The notes below the pieces were generated by a model. The model saw only the letters and a list, made by a program, of their open reading frames with translations. It searched no databases and had not been told where the DNA came from. Positions 26,310-39,679 of a stretch of 64,000 nt of DNA are shown here, in pieces; position 1 is the stretch's first letter; each line of letters starts with the position of its first letter. The translations under genes were made by a program, and so were the position numbers. The DNA comes from Mytilus trossulus (lineage: Eukaryota). The stretch is taken from the NCBI RefSeq assembly GCF_036588685.1, contig NC_086376.1, positions 36,332,001 through 36,396,000 of the forward strand, in the 5' to 3' direction.

Positions 26310-27539
26310 CAATCAGTACACATCAAACATCAAACATCCATTAACAGTCAGAGATTTCGTGTCTAATTTTCTGGGCTCAGTTTACAACATCGGATGTGTT
26401 ATTCCGTTTGAAATAAGTTTAATACAGGTACAGGCAAACTTGCAAACCAAATCTTTGTAATTATGAAAGAATATAGTAAAGGTTTTAAGTAATTTGTGGA
26501 AAAGAAATCCTGACTACTTTAAATTACTAGTTATACATAGGTTTGTTAATATTTCTTTTTGGTAGAGTAAAGGCATTTACAAGTAGTGTGTCTTTTTAAT
26601 GTGTAATATAATAGTACTGTTTCAGTTAAAGGTGACGTAAGTTGTTAGATGAGGGTGACAGTTGGCGCCTGTTAAAACGTTTAATCCTGCTGAATTTGTT
26701 TGCACCTGTCATGGTTCTTAATTGTTTCTTGTATATCGGTTTCTACATAGATTAGACCGTTGGTTTTCCTGTTTAACATTAGTCTTGTATGGTCCATTTG
26801 TAGTGTGTTGTTCTTTGTGAACCAAGACTCGTGTTTAAAACCAAACTTTAACCGATAAAAGTTCAATATTCTTTGCTTTTATATATAGAACCCATTCATA
26901 CAAACTTAAGAGACAATATCAAATACTAATAAATATTATGTTTATTTTCATCATCTTTACCTCTTTTCACCACTAAATCAACCTGTTAATGTCTGCTTTG
27001 TGGATAGTTAATTTTCTCCAAGCATTCTGGCTTTTTCCAGCGATAAAAAATCACCGCCACGAAATAGCCAGCAGTACTGAATGTAGCGTTTAACATAAAC
27101 AAATTCAATCAACACATCTGCTGGGTGTGCATACTCAATTGTAGTCACAGAAGATCTCTGTTTTTATCTTCGCAAATTGTTACAAAACATAACTGGAATA
27201 TTGCAATTTACTAGTATACATTTTGTATTTCAAATGATGAGACAAAATCAAAGTATTTGAAACCAAAAATCCGAAAAATAACCTGTTTGGAATAAAAATG
27301 ACAAAGACAATTTAATTTATGAAGAGGGACGAAAGATACGAGAGGAACATTCAATCTAATAAGTCGAAAACAAACTGACATCGCAATGGCTAATAGGTAA
27401 AAAGACAAACAGACAACAACAAAATAGTACACAAAAAACAACATAGAAAAATAAAGACTATGCAACAAGAACCCCGCCTATACTAAATGCATATACCTGG
27501 TTCATAATACTTTTTTTTATTTTTTCACATTCGAATTAG

Positions 27540-28046
27540 GTTAGTGCAACTATTACTGGTTCTACAAACACTCCATCACCAACACCAATGAAAATTCCGA
27601 CCCCTATCACTTCTCAAAGACCCCAAACAACAGATGGTACAGAATCAAGTGGAACAAGTACAGAAGAAACAAATAGCACAGTGGCAACTACAAGTACAGA
27701 AGAAACAAATAGCACAGTGGCAACTACAAGTACCAAGACAGCAACACTCAAACCAAGAAAAACAACTCATAAGTCGACAGTAACAGAAACGTCACATAAA
27801 CCGACAATGCCTACTAAAGGAACAACTGAAGCACAAAATGGGAGTAAGAGTAAATCTAAATCGTACGACAGAGAACTTGTTATAATATTCGGTGTTATGT
27901 TAGGACTAATGTTTGTTGTCATTGTTATTTTTGGAATACATAAGTGTCGCCATAGAAACAAAGAATCGGACGATTTACCAATGTCGTCTGCGGACAAATA
28001 TAGAAACGGTGGAGAGGACGTTACCATAGCAGCATCTTCGTTTTGA
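27540..28046 (+). CDS. Mucin-like type I membrane protein, exon 3 (Thr-rich stalk, TM helix, short cytoplasmic tail)
   Basis: Phase-0 acceptor AG|GTT at 27538-27540, in frame with ORF 27588; 36-nt tandem repeat TSTEETNSTVAT x2 with NST sequons; TM LVIIFGVMLGLMFVVIVIFGI followed by HKCRHR; ends AASSF-stop. Three-exon product is 346 aa. Confidence 0.85.
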   Translation, partial: VSATITGSTNTPSPTPMKIPTPITSQRPQTTDGTESSGTSTEETNSTVATTSTEETNSTVATTSTKTATLKPRKTTHKSTVTETSHKPTMPTKGTTEAQNGSKSKSKSYDRELVIIFGVMLGLMFVVIVIFGIHKCRHRNKESDDLPMSSADKYRNGGEDVTIAASSF

Positions 28047-28406
28047 TATTTGAGGATTAAGCTGATGTGTTCACTTTTTATTGAAACATTATACGTTATT
28101 GTTTATTGAAATGCATTGTTCATGTACTTGATTTAGTATTATCTCAATGGGCAAATCATTCATGTATATTATTTACTTTTTTTCGCACGAATTTCACTAT
28201 TTACCTTATCATTAAATTCATAATCATAAATTATGATCATAAATATCTAAAATGTGAATACAAATGAAATACTATTCTGACACAAATTGAGAAATATTTT
28301 ATTCGATGTGTTTAATTAATAATTCCTTTGATTTTTCTTAATCAAATTGATGTATATGATTTGAAAAACGGAACGCTATTTTCAACACCAACACTGCATC
28401 GATCAA

Positions 28407-28986
28407 AGGAGTAGGTTCAGTAAGACCCCTTTTTGGTCCCAAAATGTAGCAGATTTACAAAATTGTTAAAAGGTTAAACTTTTAGTTTTTTAATGCACAG
28501 TAGAATGCTTCTGCTACATAAATATGGGCTGTTTTTGACAATACAATGCACATGTATCGGATACGAGCACCATTAAGTCATGCTAAATTACTGAAATCTT
28601 CACAATTCTAGCATTTTAGTTAAATTTTAGACGGTTTACGTGTAAAACTAAAGTGGCCGCATTCGTGTTCATCCTTTATATTGAAATGTAAGTTGTATTT
28701 TATGATAAGACATGACATATATCAAGGTTGAGGATGAACACGGATGCGGCCACGTTCATTTTTGACAAAAACTATATGAAAAGTGATATTTTTCGGCATA
28801 TTTGATAGATTTTTCATATTTGAGCCAGAATCGGATCGTTTTTAATGACTAAATCAGTTAAAATCTTTCCCATTAACTAATTGATTCAAATGAAATAAAC
28901 ACTTAAGTGTTTAAAAAGTGGTCTAAATCTTTCGTCAGATGAACCTAAAATTTGAGGCCAAAATCGGTCCTTACCGGACGACTCCT
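28407..28986. mobile_element. TIR-bounded MITE (~580 bp)
   Basis: Termini aggagtaggttcagtaagacc and (rc) aggagtcgtccggtaaggacc; internal inverted pair gtggccgcattcgtgttcatcct and aggatgaacacggatgcggccac. Confidence 0.7.
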
Positions 28987-30889
28987 TTGCCAGACATTGG
29001 CATGTCAAGTTTCCATTACATAAAAAGTCCATTTTACTACAATGTATCCATTGACTGATCCGTTGACGATTTACGAATCTCTCCATTGCATAAACATACC
29101 TACAGTTCTAAAAGAAACCAATGTTTAGGAAAGACGCGTGTCTCAAACTGAATTTGTATTGTGCAGTTTGTTCTCGCATTATCATATTAACTCTTAACAG
29201 CATATATCTTTTAACGTTAACTTTGTTTAGAAATGCATTTTGTATGCTTTTAAAAATTACAGTACAAAATGTGTACACAGTGAAATTGAATACTAGTATT
29301 ATATAAGTAATAAAATAACATATTTACATTGTTTTTTTTCATTATCCATGATTTCAAAAAATCTTTTAATCCCACACAGTTTTGTTGCATAAAACATGTT
29401 TGATAGAACTTTGCACGCTTTAATATTTTGTAAGTGTATTGAAGAACACCGTAAACGATCTTAAACGAAAAACGAACTTCGAAAACAACACAATGAAGAT
29501 GCACATTTGATACCTTATCCTTTCGTTTCAGATAATCACTCAGAATGAAAATATAAAAAAAACCAATCTGTAAATGTAGTATGTATTATCTTTTATCACT
29601 TATGATTTAATAACAAGATTACAAAATAAAGGTCTGTTTCTGTAATTACTTCTAACATAACTTTTGATTTTATAATCCTGCATACCACCGGTCTCCACTA
29701 GATTTGAATAGACATCGAACGACAAAATTTCTTTTGATTTGATCTATATACTTTTTGTGTTTTTTGTATATGTTTGTTTTTCTTGAGATTGTAACGCAGC
29801 GATGACTGCTCTAACCATATTTTGACTATTTAACCGATTAGTTCTGTTTTGTTCGCGCATCGTTTTAAAAATAACAGAAATTTGATGCGACTGTCACAAA
29901 AGTGAGACGTTAAGCGCTATAAAACCAGGTTCAATCCACCATTTTCAACATTTGAAAATGCCTGTACCAAGTCAGGAATATGATAGTTGTTGTCCATTCG
30001 TTTGATGTGTTTTCTCCTTTGATTTTGCCATTTGGTTAGGGACTTTCCGTTTTGAAGTTTCCTCAGAGTTCAGTATTTTTATGATTTTACTTTTTTCGTT
30101 ATAACGACATCAAAATAAAACTCCACCCTGACACTCACAAGCCGCACCGTACGATCGCGCTTGACTCTAATCTTAAATGACTTGGGATTGTATGTTTTCC
30201 TACCAATGGTTGTGGTTCTCTTTAGGCTCTGACTTTCTGCCAACAATAAAAACTGTCTGTTACGTAATAGCACAAAACTGCGTAGGGCATTGAACTACAA
30301 TAATCAATCAATCTAGATCTGGATACAATCTAACTTTTAATGTTATTGGCTCACAAGCTATTTCATGCTTTCATTTTTTTCCCCTAATGTTAGGTTTTTA
30401 TGAAATGTTAAAAAATATATAAGTAGTGCAATGAAACATGACACATTGGCAACATGAATTTATTTTAATTTTATATACAAAAATAGTATGTACATATAAT
30501 AGTATGCAATATGATTGTCTTTTTATTGTTGCTTTTGGTATCGTATAAATATATTCAATCTGCTTCATACTGGATATTTAATTATATATATTTTGGCCAC
30601 TTTTGCCATCGCTGCTAAAACTGACTAGGAACATTACATGTACAGCGCAGGCCAAGTCATAACTACACAAAGATTAACCTGAGTATATCAAACTGTTTTG
30701 AAAATAACATACATGCACCAAAGATCGTCTTTTGAAAATATAAACATGCATGTGTCACACAATAAGTTTTTATCTAAATTAAATTATCTTCAACATTCTT
30801 CCTACTACATCTATTATATTCGGAGGTATGCACCAAAGATCTTCATTTGATAATATGAATCGTATTTTTATCAAACAATCAGAATGTTG

Positions 30890-33800
30890 TTAATTTTGGG
30901 AGTCTGGTGGATTGTTATTTTCATCCATTTTTATTCGATATCGGTTACGTCTGGCGTTTGATGTTTTTGGTTTTGGTGCATTTGGTGGCATAGGATTAAA
31001 TTGTGCAGGTGACATATGAATAGTTTGTGTCTTGATATTCGTTCCAGAAAGGACTTTTATAATTTGCCAATTTGAAGACAGAGTTTCTGTTGGTTGACTT
31101 TGGTTTCCGTTCGTTATGCAATCTGGAATAAGTTTTTTCACAAATGTTTTCATGGCTGATTTCAATGTACCACCATTTTCTCCTGCACCTTCAAAATCGC
31201 CTATTGTACTTTCTGAGCTCGAGCTTTGAATGTCATCTAAGGTATCACTTATGCTTTGAATGACTGCAATATACTTATCATGCAGTTTCTTAAATACTTC
31301 TATCGCTTTGCTGTAACTCATATTTTCGATGACAGGAAACAGATCTTTTTCTTGCACCTGATAAAACCCAATCAGTTCGTTATCATCCAGTTTGTTAAAG
31401 ATGTCTTCAGTTGGATATGTATCACCCACTGCAATATCCATCATAGTACGATCATATTGGTCTTCTTCACTGTTGCTGACTGATTTTTCTCTTTCTATCT
31501 GCTCTCTTATATTCTCAAAAATCTGCTCTGGTTCTGGTTTTGACATTTTATTGGAAGCTATTGTCTCATTGGCCTGCTGTTGTTTTGATTTAGACATTTT
31601 ATGTGACGCTGTTGTCTCATCAGTCTGCTCTGGTGATGATAAAGGCACTGATTTCACAACTTCACTTTTATCTTTCTTTTCATTACTCATCTTTTTTACA
31701 ATTAACATCTTTTTCAAATTTAGTGACCAAGTATGAACTTGATCTGGTTCTGGGTAGCTGTCCGGGTTTTCTATATATGTTTGCTTTTTGACATCCTTTT
31801 TCTGTCTTTCTCTGGCACAATATTTTCCAGTAACGATTTTGCATACTTTTTCAATTTTGCTTTTAGGTATATAGCAACATTTATCAGATGCCTTATGTAG
31901 CCTGGAAAATCGGTACTTTCTCTCAGAGATGTAGCGATCTTTACTAGATGTCTTTTGCAGCCTAAAAGTTGGAAACTTATTCTCCCAGTTTATCCTTTTC
32001 AAAGCTAATTCTGAGTTCATATCTAAAGCTCCACCGTTTGTTGTTGTCTCATTGGTTTTCTGTGGAGCTGATATTGACGTTGATTGCGTTGGAATAACTT
32101 CACTTTTCTCTTTCTTTTCATTATCACTTTTGCTTTTAGGGATAAAGCATTTTTCATCAGATGAAAGATGCAGTCTTGAAAATCGGTACTTTCTATTACT
32201 GGCGTAGTTAATTTTACGAGATGTCTTTTGCAGCCTAAAATTTCTATATTGATTTTTCCATTTTGGCCTTATAGAACCTAATTCTAGGCTCATATCAAAA
32301 ATTTCATTGGAAGCTGTTGTCTCATCTGGTTGCTGTGGTGCTGGTTTAGACATTGATTCTGTTGACATATGTTTACTTTTATCTTTCTTTTCATCTCTGA
32401 TCTTGTTTACAATTAATTTCTTTTTGGAGTTTTGTGGCAAGTGCTGCAATGGTGGAAGCAGTTTGTGAGTACCAGGGCGATTAGTGAAGGGGTGTTCTTG
32501 CACGCATGTTTGCTCTTTGTCAGGAAACACTGGTGGTAGTTTAAGAGTAGTTTCATGTAGTTCTTTCGCGTATATCATCTTCTTGTTAGGTAACAATGGT
32601 TGTCGTTTTAGAGTCTCTGAGTATAACTCTTCCACGTATTTAAGATTCTTGTTTGGTAGCAGTAGTGGTAGTTTTACTGGAGTAGAGGGATACTTTTCCT
32701 CGTATTTCATTTTCTCCTTACCTAGCAATTGTGGCAGTTTTACTGTAAGAGAAATTTTCGATCTCTTAGCATGCTTTTGGAGCTCGTTCCTTTGTGTCTC
32801 CTCCTTTCTAGAATAATTTTCAGTTTCCTTGCTTTTCATAGATAGTTCAAACATCTCATACTCAACTTCAAGTTCATGATTCAGGAAACTCAGTTCTGAC
32901 TCGGATCTACGCAATGTGCAGCAAGAGTCAACACACTCGCCTGTAATGCACTTGTCGGATTCTAGTATATTTTCATGGATTGGTGTCATTACACGTGTTC
33001 TACCAGTTCTCCCAATATATAATGTGGTGTCATCAATAATGACAGCGTTGGCTTCGGTCATTTTTCTTTTATACTTGTTTAAGCTACCATTTGAAGAAAT
33101 CAGAAGTTCCTCGTTGAACAGTTGGTTATGTTCGCGTTTCACGTGAAGAAGGAATTTTGAAAAAGGATTTTGAATTCTTGAGCGGTTGCTCCTTTCAATT
33201 GTTTTGTAAACATTTTTCAGGGTTTTCTGTTTATCAAGAAAAAACTGTTTCTGTGTCCTTAAGTAATGAAGCCTTTCTTTCATGGAGATTTGTAAATTGT
33301 GCATGCATCGCTTCATGACATGTCTGTCAGCCTCAATAAAATCGATCCATTGCTCTATTTCTTGCCTCAGCCTATTCTCGGAAAGTTTGCTTGGTTGCAT
33401 GTTTTGTAGCTTGTTGGAGGTTGTATGGATTGCTTCCTCTTTTTCTTGAATTAAACACTTCCAGTTGGCAAGCAATCTGAAATCATGTTTTATTTTCGTT
33501 CTTAATGTAATGTATAACGATTTGCTACATAAAATAGAGCTCCTAGTATATAACATTATTTCCTCACATAAATCAGTTGTATATATAGAACTGGACTATT
33601 ATCATAACACCAAAATGTAGTTGCTAAATTTACTAACCCATTAAAAACAAAAAGTATGGGCATTTCTAATTTACGATTCTAAAGTAGTGATAATACAAAT
33701 ACGAATGCCAAACCATTATATAATTTTACGTCTTTCTGTGCTGGAGGTATATATCAGTGTCTCTTTTTTTAAGTTTTTGTAAATTTCATTTACATTGACA

Positions 33801-36653
33801 GGAACTACAACGACTAATTAGCACTTATTTATAACCCGGGGAGCTCAGTAGAAAAGATATGGAAACTGACTAATTAGTATGTTATCGTTAATAGCCCTTT
33901 GTGACCATGTGCGATGCCGCCGTCATAAACTGACCAGACATACTTCTTATCAATCACGTGGTTTTAATCGAGACAGCTTAACAATATTACCTGTCGGAAA
34001 ACACTTTTACTTATGTCAATCGCGTCGGTAGACCTTTATTCGTGAACAACTTATTTAAGCAAATCGACTTATGCATAAAAAATGAAAATCGGCCCAGAAT
34101 TAACTAGTCTACAACGATTTGAAATAGTGAGTGACATTATTTTATTATTTTGTGGGTGAAGTTTAAATCGCGATTAAGGTGTGTTCCGGTTACCGCCGGT
34201 TAACAATAAATATATTTGATCAATATTAAGACTGTGAAGTTTATAGTAATATATATGGTTAAGTTACTGGATAATCCTGGAAAGTAGAAATTTCCAGTTT
34301 ACAATACGAAAATTAATCGACCAAGTCGAAAATTTATCGAACAATAAAATACAGCAGAGGAAAACAGAGAACTATAACTACGTTATATAGCTAATTATGC
34401 AATTATACATTTATTTTCCATAAAATATGTTATCACTATCCGACCAAATGAAACCGTCCAAATGATACTGGTAAATAATAAGTGGACAGTCGCACAAGAA
34501 TTTGCATAATGTCACCATACAAATCCTCGAGTACCATTACTAAAAAAAAAATCAACACATCGGGGTTCGCCGCTGAACATTCGTATATACTAACCTATGA
34601 TCTTACCCTGGATTTAGAGCAAAGCTTAATAATTCCTACATTTATCTAAAATCTCTTTGATCTTTTTATTTTATCAGAACGATTATTTACAATCGTCTTA
34701 AATATGCAGGAAATGTGTGCCACTCGATCAGTGGTGTAAACACGGTAGTTATCATATAAACACAACTTATCGTCAAAATTCTACCGAACAATAAATCAAT
34801 TAAAATATGGGCATTTATTCAATAAATTTGATACAAATTTCCATCGTAAATGTGTTTTATTAAAGAAATAATGATGACTCGCATTAATCCATCAGTCACT
34901 CAATCGGCACACATATGCAGATGTAAGGTAACGGAATCTGCCGAGGTTTTCCGATTGCTGTTTCCTGAGAATTTATAACAACTTTCGATTTCCTCGTTTA
35001 TTTCCGTAATCCCGAAAGCAGCCGATAATGACAATATTGTTGGCCACCAAACACTGGTATGTAAAGAACGTGCCATGTTTCAAGCTAATTAACATGTCAT
35101 TAAATTGCGCGCGGCATCGCAGATGAAACGTTTGAAGTCGAGTCGTAGTAGTTCCTGTCAATATAATACTTCCATGGTTTGACATTTCATATCCGTTTTG
35201 TTAGGGTTTTGTTTGTCGAAGATATATCATTGTCGTAAGGATGTGGCAATACGGTACATATTGCTGTACTTTATGGTTTTGGGACTACTTTTTTTCACAG
35301 ATAATTAAATTTGATATTGTCTCATATTCTGTATTTGTTTAAAGATAAACTATACTTACTCATTCCCTGTCCTGTTTACGTATTCCACTGTGTCATACTC
35401 TATCTCGAATTTTTGGCTTCTTCTTGATCCGACTACAAAATACACAAATCTTTGTATTAGTTAATGATGTGGTGTGATGATCTACATTAGACAATCCACA
35501 TTTTGCAACCAGTCTGATACATTGTCATCGTTTATTTCTGTTCGATTTTGCAATTTGAATAAATGAGTTGGAAATATATAATAATGACCCTTCCTTTTTT
35601 AGATCTGCCAATGCAGGTTATAGGAATGGGGATATCCATGCTGTTCTATATTGTAATTCTTTTCGTCCTTTCGAAAAGTTATGACTAATTGTAATTTTTT
35701 TTATGATTGTCACATTTAAACTACTTGATCGAAATCAAAACACATAAACGCATCGGAATTCCGTTCTCATTAAATGGTCATCTAAACGAACCAACAGTTA
35801 CTGTATTCAATTAAAACAAATAGTCCGTTGTTAAATGTACCGAAAAGGGAATAACACGCTACGAAGTGGCTCCTTAAACTTACTTCTTTCTGTTCTCTTC
35901 TTGTGCACAGTCTGCTTTGTAGGTGCCATATTTTCGACTTTCTCACTACAAAAGATAGAAAAAATAAGTTTTCACATTTTCTCAGCTAAAAAAGAAAGCA
36001 ATCACCCGTATAAAGGAAAGATGTTTTGTATAACGGAGGCATTATGTTTTAATATTGGGTCAAAATAGACTGTTTGCTGGACAAATACGGAGATATAGTA
36101 CCTCGTTAATCAAAAGTTCCAGATTTCTTTACAGTACTTTATATTCCTTATCAGGCATGATTATATTAATTATTATGTTTTAATAAATTTCTGTTTTATA
36201 ATCATGCCAATAAATTACTTTGGGCCACAGCTTTAAAAAACCTACAATTTACAACGTATTTATTTTTTTCGTTCAAATCTTTTTTTTATTAAATCCCATC
36301 ATTATACTAAGATCCAGTAGTAGTGGTTTCTGAATTTCAAATGTCACTTTGATTTAGTTGCGGTCAACGTTTAAAGCGCTGGGTTTGATTTTTTTTTACT
36401 AGTTACTAGAGTGGCATCCTTATGTTGCAATATTTTGATTCGTTTTCTAGCAAATTAGATAACTTTAATCCAACTACCCTTGTTAGGCTGCATATGGTTC
36501 TATTTATACAAATAATAATGGTAATAAAGTTTAAACTAAACATTTCGAACATTAAAGTACAGTTCTATATTTCTTAAATATGTATACATTATTAAAATTA
36601 GCATAAATTAATGTTAGATATGCTTACCGATCCTTCTTCGTTCTTTCTCCCAT
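30890..36653 (-). CDS. Uncharacterised Lys-rich repeat-containing protein, paralog A (4 coding exons: 36653-36628, 35945-35884, 35432-35360, 33476-30890; 915 aa)
   Basis: GT-AG introns with matching phases 2,1,2 give MGERTKKDR-EKVENMAPTKQTVHKKRTER-IGSRRSQKFEIEYDTVEYVNRTGNE-LLANWKCL...; in-frame TGA upstream of the ATG; exon sizes 26, 62, 73 nt conserved in paralog B. No family recognised. Confidence 0.85.
33793..35163. mobile_element. TIR DNA transposon derivative (~1.37 kb, TA-flanked) in intron 3 of paralog A
   Basis: TA|CATTGACAGGAACTACAACGACT ... AGTCGTAGTAGTTCCTGTCAATA|TA; absent from the matching site in copy B (about 48620); no transposase ORF. Confidence 0.85.
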
Positions 36654-38836
36654 AATTTCTCGTATTCACTGATTAAAATAGTTAGATATTTGTTCTCTTC
36701 TTTTATAATCACTGCTTACTGCGACAGATAAAACTGTGTAGTGAGGAATATGAGGTGCCGTCACTTTGACAACGTTTCTTCTATTATGACGTTGCGCTAC
36801 CGCGACCTTTACAATACATGCAATCTGTTGTACTGCAACGCACATATTAGATTTTACGTTTGTCAAGTAAATTTTGTAAATGTTGTACATTATTGCAAAA
36901 GTTTTTATCTGCGGACAATTCACCTATCAGTGATATAAAGAAAATACGAAAATCGGTCGCGGATTCAGACATTTAGGAAAGGGGGAATTAATCCCCGAAC
37001 CCCCTAATTCATCCGCCAATAAAAATGGACACTCGCAAACCATAACTCTATTAAAACAGACAATGCCATGAGAAAACGAAAACCAATTACAAGTAAATAA
37101 AAGTTGAAAACATTACAAAGAATGCTAAAGGAACAGCCCGAATTCCACAAAAACTTAATTGGTGCCGTGGTATTACTGTAATTTTCATCGGTTCCGAATT
37201 TTGATAAAGATACACAAATGTTTTGATTAATTTTATTTCTTTTACTTTTTCTTTTATTTAGGTTAAAAATTTGATTAAAAACTAACGTTGGTTCGTAAAC
37301 AAAATGCGTCTTTCATATTTCATTCTTGCAAAATAATAATTTAGTAGTATATTTGCCGCATACGGTCATTGCGTAAATATAAAACTATGTTATTCTTGCA
37401 TAATTTATCTTGGCATGATACTTTATAACGGGAGGCTGGTACTTGATTTTCATATGAAGAAGTCATAATCTTTTGATCAGTTAAATTGAGTTCTTTTTAG
37501 AGCTGGCATGTCAGTAACTGCCAGTAGTCCTTTAATAGTTCATGTCGATTCATGTTGATCATTGTCATTTTGGTAAGTTACTTCCGTTACATATTTTAAC
37601 ATCGGACTCGGACTTCATTTAAAAAAAAAGAGTTTTACTATGTGTATTTCTGTGTGTTTGTTTACTAAGTATTCCACATTGGCTAGAGGTACATGTATAC
37701 GAGTGGGTTGAGATGTCATAAAACCCGCCTTTTTTTTGCCTGTTCCAAGTCAGGGACCTCTATCCTTCGCTAGTCTTGTGTGGTTTTAGATTTTTGTTCA
37801 TTTAAGATTCGGAGTTTAGTGTTGCGTCCTTTCTGTGAATTAGTATATAATATTTTAGGGGTAGCTGTAGACCGCATCTGGATGCTTAATTTGGTCGCTG
37901 CATTGAAGACCCTCTGGTGACCTTGGGCTATTTTGTGCTCTTTCGTCGGGTTGTTGTCTCTTTGAAACCTTCCCCGTTTCCATTCTTGATTCTATAAGAA
38001 GATGTGTGTCAATTTGACAATCTTTAAACCAGAAACAAATGATGTTATAGTTAACAACGAAAGACCTTCAATAATGAGAGCAAAACACAATATATTCAAG
38101 GACCCGGGATGAAAAATGCAAAATAAATTATAACTAGAAATCTTACTAAAGCTAAAGTTTTAAACGAAAGTATATTAAATTTGATATATTAGAGAAATCT
38201 GTATTTTCATTTCTTTGAATTTTGATGAAAATAAGAAATGATACTTAATTTATTATTCAAACAAGTGTGGACACAGATAAGTTTGACTAGTACGTTTAGG
38301 TGTTTTCCGGTGTTTTCTGTTTCTCTGCCCCACCAATAGCGTTCTATAATAAACTGGTTTGCCAAGTGACAGTCAACTTATACTAAACACTGAAAGTTGC
38401 GTTTTATTATTCAATATATATGAGAAGATGTGGTATGAGTGCTATAAAATTACAGTTTGTTCTTTTACTTTACGTTACAATTTCATTAAGCTAAATATTT
38501 TATAACGTATGTCATGGTTGGTATTCTGGTATCGGTAATGATATTCTGGCATAATGTTGAGATCTTCTGTTGAATCAATCTTTCAGCTAGTTAAGGGAGA
38601 ACATAGGTATATATATTTCCCGAGATTGAATTTTCTATTACTTTGCCAAAGTGAAGATTGTGCTATGTTTTTTTTCAAAAAATATAATCAGTAGTATGGG
38701 TCACCGTGCTTTTTGGCAAGCTATGAGTCGTTGAAAATTTTCTAGATTTGGTTAGATCAGGAACATTTATATTGACCTGGTTAGATTGTTCATTAAAACA
38801 CATTATATTGTGAGAAGATATGTTATAAGAAAGTAC

Positions 38837-39300
38837 GAAACAACTAAACGAACGACAACAATTGCATCAACAACAACTAAAGAATTGACAACTTCAGTAT
38901 CGACAAAACCAAGTACAACAACTAAACAACCGACAACTTCACCAACGACTAAACAATTGACAACTCAAGTACCAACAATATTAGCGACAGATACTAAACA
39001 ATCGACAATTTCGTTACCAACAACACCAACGACAGTTATATTATCAACAACAAAAGATGCATCACTGACATCAACTAAAAAGTAAAAACACAAAAATACT
39101 GAACTCCGAAGAAAATTCAAAAAGGAAAATCAAAAATCAAAAGGCAAAACCAAAAGTCCAAACACATCAACCGAATGGATAACAACTGTCATGTTCCTGA
39201 CTTTGTACAGGCATTTTTAATGTAGAACATGTTCACCACCGATTTAACTACAACTGATACTACAGCAACGACAACAACGATACCACTAACTTACCCAAAG
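38837..39300 (+). pseudogene. Disrupted Thr-rich mucin-like exon
   Basis: ETTKRTTTIASTTTKELTT...TSTK is stopped by a ~155-bp repeat insertion (about 39075-39230), then resumes FTTDLTTTDTTATTTTIPLTYPK to a phase-0 donor AAG|GTAAGT at 39300/39301; the 5' side abuts a transposon fragment. Confidence 0.6.
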
Positions 39301-39679
39301 GTAAGTTATTGTACATTGATTAATACTTGTTTAATACAGATAATTATTTCACCGTATTAATGCAAAAGGAAATTATGATAAAAGCCTTTGAATAAAAGAA
39401 AGGGAGATGTGGTATGATAAGAAATGAGTCAACTATGATCCACTGAAGTTCAAATGAAGTGGACGGACGCAATTACAGGCTACCGTACGACCTTCAACAA
39501 TGATAAACACACAATTTGAAGTTCAAAACAATGCTTAGTGTCAGTTAGTATCCCATGATTAAAGGAAGTACTATACAAAAAATAGACTTGTAGTTGTAGT
39601 TGTATATATTTTACAGTGAATTTGTAAAATTTGGAATTCAATATCACCGTACAAAAGTTTTAACTAATATTGCTTTTAA

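Larger units (their letters stand above)
29005..38227. repeat. Segmental duplication, copy A
   Basis: Collinear similarity: 29005-29510 with 40432-41390 (interrupted), and 30113-38227 with 45042-52035, covering introns, UTRs and upstream DNA. Confidence 0.9.

Noticed and set aside
33477-33556. N-terminal MLYTRSSILCSK... of the 888-aa ORF
   Set aside because: Intronic; the frame is not preserved in copy B and an acceptor lies at 33478-33477
36628-36670. Alternative reading EYEKLWEKERRRI of orphan gene exon 1
   Set aside because: This frame hits a TAG in exon 3 and, in copy B, a TAG in exon 2
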